A DNA stretch of 64,000 nt from Lenisia limosa (lineage: Eukaryota; Protista; Breviatea), in NCBI GenBank assembly GCA_001655205.1, contig LPNZ01007402.1, positions 1-64,000 of the forward strand. Direction: 5' to 3'. Numbering within the stretch: the stretch's first letter is position 1; each line of letters begins with the position of its first letter. Shown in pieces: positions 47,400 through 59,147 of this stretch. The notes under the pieces are model-generated. The model saw nothing but the letters and a program-made list of their open reading frames with translations. It searched no databases and was not told the origin of the DNA. The position numbers were made by a program, and so were the translations under genes.

Positions 47400-49330
47400 T
47401 GATTGCTCTGGGGGAGGGGGTTGGGTTGGAGGATTTGAAGATTGGAAGATACAACATAAACTGATATATTGTTCCAGCATGGAAGATGGTTTGAGAGTTA
47501 TCCTGAAAAAGAAGCCCTCCCGCTCTCTCTTACCAGGAAAGTGACATAAGCAGATTCATCGCTGTAGTATTGAATTAAAATTTTTTGGGCTGGGGCTGGT
47601 TCAAATGGTTCTTTTCTAAAAAGTCATTTTGCTAAAAAAAAAATTGCATGTAGTGATATAATATGTGAGCCACCCAAACCCAGATTTCTCCATTTGGATT
47701 TGCAGCTCTTCCGGAATACAAGGGTTAGAGCCTCTTGCGTTGACATTTTCATAGAGGTTGTTCATTTTTCCGTCAGTTGACACACGTGAAGGGTTAGGAT
47801 TGTTTGGATCTTTGCTATGCACAAAGTCGGAAATGAAACGTTGGTCTTCGGCGATCTGAGAGATAAAAAAAAAGTAGATACAACTTAATTAAACTGCTAA
47901 ACCTCAGTTATTCAAGGTTACATTTCAACAAAAATTGACCATTACTTACCTGCATAATTTTTACAATTTCGGCAGTGAACCTGAAAGTGTCAAAAACTGT
48001 TCAATAAGGCTAATATTATTGAAACTGATCTCATTTTCCATACTCTTGCTGAGTTAGTCCCGCAATGCCAAGACGGACATTGTTGAGAGTTGGTGTATTG
48101 GTAATTGGGGGGTAAATCTCACTTGTGTTGGGAAGCTGAGGATTTGCACCTAGAGAATAAACCAAGAAGTACAAAAACTCAAAGATAGATCTACAAACCT
48201 CCAAGTCGAAAGGTAAGCGCCTGGTTGAGGTTCTTCAAAAGATAGTGATGAAGTCCTTTCGGGGACTCATTTCTCAATTTACGCTATATCATTATTAGCC
48301 CAATACTAAAGCGTTGTTATATATAGAAGCGACATCAAATTGTCATTTTCGCTTACCCTAGACCGTAACGCTTGCTCATAATGGCTCAATTTCAGGTCAG
48401 TCTAGACAAATTAGAGAAACAGAAGAATATTCAAAGGATTTCCAAAATAAATGGGAGCAGACCTCAGGCTTGGACTTTTTTGCCGCTAGAAACTGTTTAA
48501 ACTGTTGATGGGGTCCATCATTCAAATTTTGTACTCTAAAAATATCAACTCCGCGTATTTAAAACACGGGTGAATTTCTACCCTTCTCACAGTTTCTCGA
48601 TTTGATCGATTTCTTGCATTACGTCACTTGATTCCTTCATTGTGAGAGAATGTGAATTTGATAAAAGTGCCTCTACTATTAAAACACACACATAATTCAC
48701 CCAAGATCACTGCATCTTTGTCAAGCATCAATGAAACTCATTTCGTGTCGCACCTTGTGGCTTTGTGTCAGCTGGTGTCTTGACACCCCCGTCAGGTCAG
48801 GTATTGCGCTACCGGGTTGGCGGAATTGTTGCGCTCGAAGTTGCTGCTGGCGTTCATATTCAATGTTTCTCGGCCTTTGCTGGGGTTGCCTGAAAATAAT
48901 GAATGTCAGCATTCAATGAGCTCACACATATTCAAGTTAAACCTGACATTGATATACCAAATTGATGAAAGCAAGCTCCTTATAATGGCATAGATGTTTT
49001 AAATTATCCAAACGTCCATGTGTCTACCTCTGGATACTAGCAGCAGTCCCATAGCCCTGGATTGAGCCCTGTTGTCCCCCAAACTGGGGCTGCTTTACCT
49101 TAAAAATTAAAAACGGTGTGCGGAGCTTCAAAAGTGTATATAGAGTTCCTCCAACCCACCAGTGATCCATATGGTGCTGCCATTTCAAAGTCGATTCGAT
49201 TAACACGAACAACACGAGGACATACTCTGGAAGGGTCAGACACAACTCAAAATTATATTATAGTTTTACTCATGGTGATAGGGTTCCAAAACGCTTACAA
49301 TAATATTGGGATGTCTAAGTGTGAATGAAT
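47400..49330 (-). CDS. Hypothetical multi-exon protein with a Gln-rich N-terminal region; boundaries approximate
   Basis: GT-AG exons MAAPYGSL|VKQPQFGGQQGSIQG, QPQQRPRNIEYERQQQLRAQQF, ESSDVMQEIDQIEKL, FTAEIVKIMQ|IAEDQRFISDF...; no family recognised. Confidence 0.4.
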
Positions 49331-49675
49331 GAGTGTCTTGGAGGGGAAACTTGACTATAATTGGCCAAGACTGGTATGTCACCAAGTAATTATACCACAA
49401 TAATATAGCTATCTCCTGGAGGGGTTTTATGCAGTGTATGGGTTGGTTGGGCTTGTTGCAAGGGGCGTTGTGTGGTTGAGTTGTTTGAGAGTTGTGTGGG
49501 TAACAAATTATGGCGTTTCTAGGCGGCCGCGGCCATGATCGTGATTTTTCAATTCTCGATTTTTCCTTTTTCCAACAAAAAAAAGAGCAAAAGAGCTGCA
49601 AAAAGATAACATAAAGCGAAAGAGATTAAGCTCTTCTAGTTACTTGTTTGTGTCCGAGACAATTGTGATCTTCAA

Positions 49676-52600
49676 ATGGTTGTTGAAGAGGATGCTGAGG
49701 GGAGGGATGCACATGTCTCACAAATATTAACAGTGAAGCATCTCTTAGCTAATTTTGGAATCGCTGACGGTCTTCCGGAGAGAGCCAACCTGCCACTGAG
49801 TACTCCTCTCTTCTACTTCTCTACGGTGGAGGGGTTAGTTTTAGATGGATTTCCCATTGGAGCCGCTAATATCATCTTCAACACTCTCCACACTCCAAGT
49901 ACTTCCGTTCTGAGCTCGTCGTCATCACTTCCAAGCGCCTCTACAATCCCTATGTATATGCCTCCACTGGACAGCAATGTACAGCCAATTATGTCAGTTC
50001 CCATTGCACAGCCGGGTCTTCTTGTCAACCCCATACCTCAACAAAATGATGACCAGCACCGTGCAGCTCTGGTAAGCGATGGAATTATTCTGATTCTTCA
50101 CCTAGGAAGTCTTAAGAGAGATTAAATACGAAGGGATTTTGATTCCCCCTTTTTTTTAAAGTTCACATCCCATAACTTCCTTTTTGGCACTAATTCCAAG
50201 TTCCCCAAGCTGCTTCTGACGTCATATGATACTGATACTTTTAGGACGACTTGGCAGGAGGAAACATGTCCTCTCAGGTTTGATGGCAAACTCACTTAAT
50301 TTTGTTTAACTCAAAATTTTGCTGTCTAAGCACTAGGGCTTCACTTCGGTTTGAAAAATCCTGGTAAAATATCGATAGTTTTCGAGGATTTATCGACAAA
50401 TTTACTCTTCTTCGAACCGAAGTGAAGCCCTACTTAGCCCAAAACTATCCAGTTGAGTGTGTGATCCCCTCTCAGGCTGGCTTGGAGCTCTTCGCCCAAA
50501 CAAGTAGCACGTCGGAGTATCAGAGACAGCCCGGGCTTTCAGCAGCAGCACAAGGCATCTTCGTTACAGCATCATGTCAAATAATGTTCCCGAACCAAGC
50601 AGTAGATATAGAAGGTGCGGGAAGAATACCTCATAGCATATCAGGACCGTCATAACCGTTCAGATTTGATTGCGAACAAGCCACCCCTGAGTGTTGTTCG
50701 CTCTCCACCACAGGCTGTCTTCAACCGAATTGAACGCAATCCTGTTGTTGCGGTGAGGGTTGAGAGAACCGTGGTGAAAATACATCCTGGTTTTTCTATT
50801 TTTTTTTTTTTTTTTNNNNNNNNNNNNNNNNNNNNNNNNNNNNNNNNNNNNNNNNNNNNNNNNNNNNNNNNNNNNNNNNNNNNNNNNNNNNNNNNNNNCA
50901 ACCTTCTTCTCTCATGCTATTCTGCTGTATTCTGTTTTGGTATGTCCGATATTGAACCGAACTCCTGTAACTTTTGTAATGTTCACTTGCAGGTTTATTC
51001 AATTTTTTGATGGTATTGGCTATTAGTGAGATAATTTCATCAACGTCGTACTGAGCCTTTTTTCTTACAACTCAGTCACGATTGGAGGAGCAAGATGTCA
51101 AGTCCCCTATAATTGACTTCCCTGAAGGGTAAGAAGAAGTCACCCACCCCCCTTTCTTCTTTTCTGATTACTTCTTTTATTATGTGATCAATGTTTCTCA
51201 GCAATTCACTGACTTTTAAGATTCCGAGCAAGACTCCCAGTTACTTCTGAGCTGTAGGAAATGGCTTTTTTCATTTTTAATAAACTCTTGAAGCTTCTTT
51301 TACAATTATATGTGGTCAAATAAACCTTGTTTTATTACTCATCTCTATGTGATATGATATATATACTAATTCAGATACCACCTTATTTTATTTCTCATCT
51401 CTATATATATATGATATATATATATGATATATTACTAGTAAAACAATTGATGATTTTGTTCTAATAATATTATACTATTAATATAATTAGGATTGACATT
51501 ATGTACTGTATGCTTTCTCTGAAGTCTCCTCTTCCGTCATTTCCCATCCTCAACTCAAGATGCTCAAGATTTACGGTTGGATGAGTACATGGTTTCATTG
51601 TCAATAATAAAGCAAATGATGATTGACACCTTAGAGTCCTCTTGCCGCCCTCAATGCCATCTTTACTATCCTGGAGGAAGAATCACAGACTGGAAAAAGT
51701 TGGTGAATGTCATTCAACTTCATTAATAATGCCCTCGTTACTAATTCTTGTAGTTGCTTTCAAGGTGCGTTGGAGGAGTTCAATCAAAGGACTTGAGCTT
51801 CCTATTCCAAGGTTATTAACTGACCTCTTTAGGACTCGGCCACTTCCTTACTTTCTCTGCACATGGCAAATCCGGTGACATTCAAATCAAAGAAAACCAA
51901 TCTTGACAAAGTTTGGGTATGTCATGGGCTCATACTCTCTACTAGACATTGATATTATAATATAATATATGATATCGATATATATAATTATATCGATATC
52001 ATATGTGATATGTATTATACTATATAATATTATATATAAAATGATATCGTATTATATTTTATCGATATAATATTGTGGTTAGTTGATTTACGATTGTATG
52101 TATGTATAATAATGTTCTGTATTATTATCAAAGATGATAGTAAATGGAGTTCATATTTATTTTATTCTTCTTTTCACGTGAATATCAGCCTCATCCAACC
52201 GTTTAACTCTATAGAATTACTCCGAGGGAATTCGCTCAATGAATGAAATCTTGACGGTAAGCCTGTTTTCAAAATGGCTGCTGAAACTATCTGGTCTTTT
52301 TGTTTACATTGCCAGGATCGTTTCTCCATCGTGACTGTCAATGAAAGAGTTCATGTTCCTTCTCAACGAAATCATATTGCAGGAACTTTTGTTGCAGGTG
52401 AGAGGATTGTTTATTCTCTTGATTGGAGCGTATTATTGTCATTAACCTGGAAGCTGATGTTGATTATTTATGAAAAAGGTCTCATGGAGTTGACGAATGA
52501 CAAGGGAGTGATGGGAGTTGAGGACCCCTGGGTTGACATGGGGCAAGGTACTTCAGGAAATGCCTACTTCGTGTACCCTTGGTGCGGAATGGTATGTTCG

Positions 52601-52994
52601 GGTGCAAACAAACAATCTCTACTGTTTTCTTTTTCTTTTTATTCTGTCTCAATTCTCATCTTCTTACCCACCCTAGACGCGGTCAGATCTTGGCAGTCTA
52701 CCAACACCATACTCAAGAGTGAGTTTGGTTGAATATTTGAGAGCAATCTCATACGTCCCCCTTTTTGTTTTTTGCTTATCATTTCTTTTGATTGTTCAGA
52801 TTAATGGAGAAATGCACCTTGTTGCTTTCCTTGCTGATGTGTCAAAAAATCTCTTTAAATATGACAAGCCAACATTTAAGCGGATGTCTAAGAGAACTGG
52901 TATGTTGGCAATGTTGAATGCTGTAGTCTCATCTAACATGCGTATACATCGCCCAACTTATGTTCAAATTTATGTTTCAGGTAAACGAGAGTAA
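49676..52994 (+). CDS. Multi-exon protein with a possible CudA/STAT-like Ig-fold DNA-binding segment (may be two genes)
   Basis: Ser/Pro-rich N-terminus, then LSVVRSPPQAVFNRIERNPVVA...FSHAILLYS...IIDFPEG...FRARLPVTSE...SVISHPQL, then an unrecognised C-terminal domain ending GKRE*. Confidence 0.4.
50334..50432. mobile_element. MITE-like family A copy with perfect 18-bp TIRs, intronic
   Basis: TAGGGCTTCACTTCGGTT...AACCGAAGTGAAGCCCTA. Confidence 0.88.
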
Positions 52995-53210
52995 TTTAAG
53001 GTAGTCGTTATTTGTTGTTTCTTGATCTGTTTCTGTTTCTGTCTGTGATATCATAAGGTATTCAAAAATTAGTTCTTGTTCTTTGTTTATTATATATTAT
53101 TGGATTCTTCTTATCCCTCATACAGTCATTTCCACCAAGGTTGAAGAGAATGTCATTTTTATCTCAACTAATCTATAAAGAAATAACAATACCATAACTA
53201 CTGTGCTGCT

Positions 53211-55906
53211 TTAGGGCTCAGTGGGGACATCTTGTATGGAGGCAGCTGGTACACAGCATGAGTCAACAGTCTACTCAGATTAGAAGAAGTAAGGGTAAGG
53301 TAGAGCGATCATTAAATATTGTTGATTTTAGTTGTCCTTCTCCCAACCATACTTTTTCATCATCCTCGAGAAGAGGCTTTCTCTCAGCATCTTCATCAGG
53401 ATACTTGAAGAAGGGGAAACTAGAAGGTTACTTCCAGAACACACACAAAAAAAGACATGCAATGAGTTGCCAGTGAATTGCAGAACCACATACGTGAAGA
53501 GCTTGTTGTATGTAAATGTTCCAAACACAAGCACCACGAATCCTGCGGTGTAAATACATGAGGTCATTTAATAACAAAATTGAACTCAACTCACCAGCAA
53601 GCTGAATGAAACTGAACTTTTCCCATCCTAGGCTAAGACCATATACCCAGACAACAAGGGTTCTACATCATCAAAGGCCGCAAGACTGTAATACAAGAGG
53701 CAGCGTTAATAATAACAAGACACTATTGAGCAGAAATAATATATGATACAATTATTAAACTTGGACAGTCATGAAAATAAAAATAACAAGAATGGATGAT
53801 GTCAAACACAAAAAACAAATCCTTCTTTTTATTCACACCTTAGTGAATCAATAACTGATCTGTGTCCAGCAGAAAGGTCTTTGGTTACCTTCATTCCAAG
53901 GTAACTAAGAGGTAAGTCATCCTGGAAACGAAGAAGCACAATCATAGAAGCAATCAAGAAGAAGAGCATTCCCTAACATACTTGTAGACGGCTACACGAA
54001 GAGAATAAATAAAAAAATTAGTGTAAAAAAAAAAGTAAGTAAATCAGAGAAGGTTTCTTTCCAATTAAAGCTTACGCATTGAAGTGAAACCAATAACAAC
54101 TGCAAGAAGAAGATATTGTGAAGCGTGAATCTAAAATGTAATTATCGTGGTAATGTAAAGAAAAGAAAACTACAATGGCAAACCTGTTGAATAGCATAAT
54201 CGGTTCTTTCGCCTCCTGAAACATACATGGAGACGCTAAGAACAAAAGCAGCTCCAATCATTCCCTACATTATTAATATATTATTGGCCCCTTTTCAAAA
54301 CAAGACACTCTTGTTAAATTTCCCTACCCAAGAGCCTTCGTATCCAACAGCTTCGAGAGGATGGATGCCATGTCCTCCAACAAACCGTTCTTCAATCTAC
54401 ATGCATGTCAAATGTGATGCGTCAGTACTATTACTATACAAAATCTGACAGAAACTTTTTACCTCTAACTCAGTACTAATAAAAATAGATAATTACTTAA
54501 AGTAATCATTAAATATGATACAATAGCAGCAGATTCTACAATGTAGTGTGAAATACAAATAGCATTTCTACAGAAAACGCACCACATATTGGAATCCTTG
54601 AATAACTTGAGCAAGAAGAACCACAGAGTTTCCAATGACCGGATCTCTAGCTGAAGCTGGAGGAGGGGTAAAACAAAGGAATATTGAAAAGCAATTACAA
54701 AGTTCGACAATTAAAAAAAAAAAAACAAGGCATTGGGCAAAATTATGGATAGATCAACGTTTGGAGAATGGAATGCTAGATCCACCTAAGTACAACCACC
54801 AACAGCTGTCACCACCCTTGATTGAAGCCACTCCGACAATGGTAACTCCAATAAGTACAAACAAAACCCCAGTCCAATGATAGGCATAGAGCTTCCTCTT
54901 CAAGAATGTCACTGATAGAAGAGCTAGGTGGTAAGGTATTGGAGAAGAATTGGGACAAAGGCTTAACAATTGATTCTTCAAATAGTGCTCTGTACATATG
55001 ATAGCTATTATTATTTCGTTGCTCTAAATTCCATCTATTCCTTCACAACCTGTAATCACAACAATGAAGCCACGAAGCATTTGGAAGACTGAGGCCGAGC
55101 TCTAAAGCAATCAATATTAAACAAATCACGGAGCACTGGACTCTTAAATTTAACCCAAACTGACGTAGTAGATACCAATCATCAAGAGAGTGGAGCCGCA
55201 GAGATCACACATGGCAGGGATAAGCATGAGGGCAGCTCTAGCGAGGCCAGTTCTGCAAGGATACTATCAGTCTTCAAGGACTAACTCTTTTCAAAAATTC
55301 TCAATTATACCTTGGAACACCTCCATCAGGACGATGTGACTTGATTTCTTGTCTTTGTGTCCGGGATTTGCCAATATACCATCCCAACTATATGTTTAAG
55401 TAGAAGCATGAGTACAGGACCCAAAATGAGACAATAATAAAAAACAAGTTAAGACAACGAGCCATTTTCTATAAATATTTTTTTTGCCATGAAACCTCCT
55501 AACCAACCAATGATGTTGATTCAGCAGCAAACATCATGAAGACCTGAAGGATGAGGAAAACTGCAAAAGAGATTTCAAAGTATCAAAGCCAAAAAAACGT
55601 ATCATGAGACTTGTGGAACAAAATTGACACATGGATCACAAGTTGTGATTTTTATTAATTAATATTCAAATACCTGGAAGAAAGGGTGGAAGAAGGTTGA
55701 ACCATATGGGTCACCATCCTTCACTGGAATGTCGATCATGCCTTGATACTAAAAGTATAAAAAAAAGCCTCTTTTCTCTCAATATGCATTTCAAGGAAAG
55801 AAGAGATGAGAAAGGGTGTAAAAGGGTATACCTTCATTGCCAGAGTATTGATACTGCCTGTGATAAGCATTCCTATCGCTAACGGTATTAAAGCAGAAAG
55901 TTTCAT
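53211..55906 (-). CDS. SLC35F6: SLC35F6-like nucleotide-sugar/DMT family transporter
   Basis: MKLSALIPLAIGMLITGSINTLAMK, FFHPFFQ..FMMFAAES, further hydrophobic exons (LKRKLYAYHWTGVLFVLIGVTIVGVAS; GFVVLVFGTFTYN) and an acidic dileucine tail AERKPLLEDDEK. Confidence 0.8.
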
Positions 55907-56146
55907 GCTGAAAGTAGAACAAAAAAGAGTCTTTCAACAGTTTCTCTGTCAAAAAGGTAGGGTTCGGGTTTCGTAGTATATTCTATCAATATGATGATAG
56001 AAGATTGCTTTTTCACCAATTTTTTTCATTTGTTCAGCCGTTATCTTAACCTTAAGCGTTTTATTTTTCTTTTTGCCTTGCCGGCCTTCTTATAACACCA
56101 GTGTCACCGACTTCGGAGACACTAACAACCCCCCACCGTTTTAAAG

Positions 56147-57355
56147 ATGGAAAAGTCTGCTCAACCCGCCACTAGTAAGAGGGAATAGCTATTTTAAGAT
56201 TTTTTTTACCTTTGTCATTCACCATAAACAATTGTTTATTAAATGAAAGGTTCTAATCGCTATTTTTAGGTGGCATTTCAGCTGAAGACCTTAATGTCGA
56301 ACGTGAGTGGGGAAAGTTTGAGAGTCTCTTGTAATTTACCAATCTGCTTTGCCTCACGCATAGTGTGCTATTTTTTACGAGGTTAAGAGATTAACTTTTT
56401 TTTTTAGAGCACCCCCTTCACACTGACTGGGTGCTTTGGTTTGATTCTCCTCAAAGCAAGAAGGATTCTTCTACTTGGTATGATTTAAGGCAGTACTGGA
56501 CTTTCTGAGGTTATACTTTTTTGGCGGGGTTTTCCTTTTTTGCTCTCCGCTCACCTTTTGAAGGGAAACCAACCTCAAGAAGGTCTATCAGTTTGGAACT
56601 GTCGAGAAGTTCTGGCAACTCATCAACTCCATTGCCCACGCTTCACATTTGAAAGCTGGTTCCAACTACCATTGCTTCCGTGAAGGTATCGAACCCAAAT
56701 GGTGAGACATTTGTACAAGGCTTTTTGTTGAAAGGTTTTTGTTGTTGGAGGTGGAATCATTGCAATGGTGAGACCTTACAGCTCAGGGAGGATCCTGCTA
56801 ACGAAGGTGGTGGAAAGTGGTCCCTGATTCTCACCCAATCTCACAACCAAAACATCGACCATCTCTGGATCAACCTTGTAAGAGGGTAGTTAAATTGTAT
56901 TGGAGTTTGATTTTTTGGTGTTAGATTATTGAGCTATTGTACTACTAGACTATGAGATATTCACATTGATGACAATTTAGTTGATCGGTCTGATTGGTGA
57001 GGCTTTCGAGGATACTGTCGATGTTTGCGGTGCTGTTGTTTCGATCCGTACCAAGAACAACCGTCTTGCCATTTGGACCCGCAAGGCCTGTGACGAGGCT
57101 GTCCAGAAGCGCATTGGGTGAGATATCGTTTCTTCATTCTCAGTGTCTTTCCCCCCTTACCCACGTAGTGCTCGTATGTACGAACTTCTTGAGCTTAAGG
57201 GTATCCGCAACCTCCGCCTCCAGTACCAGGTAAGCACAAGTCTGTTGTTTTGGTTTTTGTGTTGACAGTTCTTTACTCTTCAGGCTCATGAAGATGCTAC
57301 TCAGTCCACTACCACCCGCCCCTCCTCTCGCTACCGCTACCCTGAGAACGAGTAA
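56147..57355 (+). CDS. EIF4E: Cap-binding translation initiation factor eIF4E
   Basis: HPLHTDWVLWFD...STWETNLKKVYQFGTVEKFWQL...NYHCFREGIEPKWEDPANEGGGKW...DHLWINLLIGLIGEAF...VCGAVVSIRTKNNRLAIWT; conserved Trp set retained. Confidence 0.96.
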
Positions 57356-57581
57356 AACCCCGGCAGGCAGGCATGTGTCGCCTCACTGCTTTGATAAATA
57401 AACGCTTGAATAAAATTGGGGCTTGGTTACACTGCAAACTGATGTCACCCAAAAGAGTCAGCCATAACTGTACAATCCCTTGAAACCACTTCGCAAAAGA
57501 AGTCTAACATGTTAAATATGAAATCACAATCCGAAAGCGTTTTAGTTCCTTCGGTCCCGCCCCACGCGGGCATACAACGCC

Positions 57582-58703
57582 TTAGACGTGGTGCATGGCT
57601 GGAAGGTAGACGACCTTACCGTCGCTGCATCCAGCTCGGGCAGCAACCTGAAATATTACGCAATATTAGGAGTGGGACAATGTAAGATAATCAGAACTGA
57701 AAAAAAGGGATAATGTCAAATGCCGAGGACTTTTTGACGTTTGGCCCTCTTACGTGTTCGCGGACAGAGTCGGGGCACTCAAAGAGCTCCCAGTTCTTGT
57801 TTGCGCAGAAGTAGGCGTCAGAAATGGCGACGGGCTTGGTGGAGAGGCCCATCCCGAAAAGACCGTTACGATGGAAGCCCTCGCATTCGAAAGAGGGAGT
57901 GAAGCCGAAGGTAGAGCGGAGCTTGTCTTCATAGTAGGTCACTGAAGAATAAGAAATGGTGTGGTAGTTTTCGGAATGCTTACAAGGGTTAGAGTCAGAG
58001 TCTGAGGGGATAACACCGGCCTCCTTGAAGTGCTCAGTAAGTCTCATGGACTGGATAAGCTTGATGCCCTTGGCAAAGTAATCGTGCTGGGAAAGACCGA
58101 CGATGCAAGTCTGAAAATGGTAAAAATCTACCCAAAAACTGTTCGTAAAGATGAGTAATATCATAATCAAGGCAGGCGATGCCCGAAGGCAAGGAGAAGG
58201 AGGCCTCGCTTACACCATGCTTTTCCCACTCGTGTCCAAGGAACCATTCTTGGCTGTGGCGCTACAAAAGAATGAGTAAATGTTCGGTAAAACCCATAGA
58301 GAATGAGCCCAAAAAATCGCAGTAACTCACATCAGTGAAAGTAGGCCAGACTTGCTTCAGAGTGGGCCAGAGGTCAAGAACTTGAGTCTTGTTGAACTTT
58401 TTGGACTTATCGCAGAATTCAGGCCTGAATAGGTGAAAGGAGTCCGATAAAAAATGATCACAAACCATGTAGAGTCGTAACGTTGAGGCCAAACACCATG
58501 AAGGGTGAAGTCTTCGATGCCAGCGGGGATCTTGTCGCTCCATGTGCCAGGCCATTGAGTAGCAACTACAAGAGTCAGAAAATCACCTTCAAATCCAATA
58601 GCTTACCAATAAAGAAGTCCCAAGACTTGTCAGCTCCAATGAAAGGAGGGTAGACTGCAGATGCCAGGGCAACGCAGAAGAAAAGGGCAAATAAGACCTT
58701 CAT
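57582..58703 (-). CDS. RNASET2: Secreted ribonuclease T2
   Basis: Signal peptide MKVLFALFFCVALASA; CAS I FTLHGVWP; CAS II LGHEWEKHGTC; C-terminal Cys pattern FEC...YFC...FECP. Confidence 0.92.
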
Positions 58704-59147
58704 GATTGTTGTTTGATGTACTTATGAACTGCTTTTTACAAGCAAAGTACTCAAGATCGGAAAATTTGTTTGCTCACAAATCTCTAAAACGTACGTAGAT
58801 TGTATTTAGTCAATTCAACAGGTTTAAGTATTAGTCTTGTTTAAAACAGTTTTTCTCATTTAATTTTTTTTTTCAGGAACTTTATAAACTCTTCCAGAAT
58901 GTTCTACCACATTCTCAATGGTACAAGTTTCTCTCAGAATTTTACAGCCCTCTCTCGTGCTCTCGTACCTCTCCCGAGCCTCTTCTCTCGCACCTCTCTC
59001 GAGATTGTTACTCGTTTACGGTTTTTTAAGCTATTTGAACCCTTTATATTCTGGTGACAGTCAGATACAGCTCTCCTCTTCTCTATCACCAAACACTTTC
59101 CGTAGCAGACCACCCTTGATGAATGAAACGCCCTTGAATACAATGAA

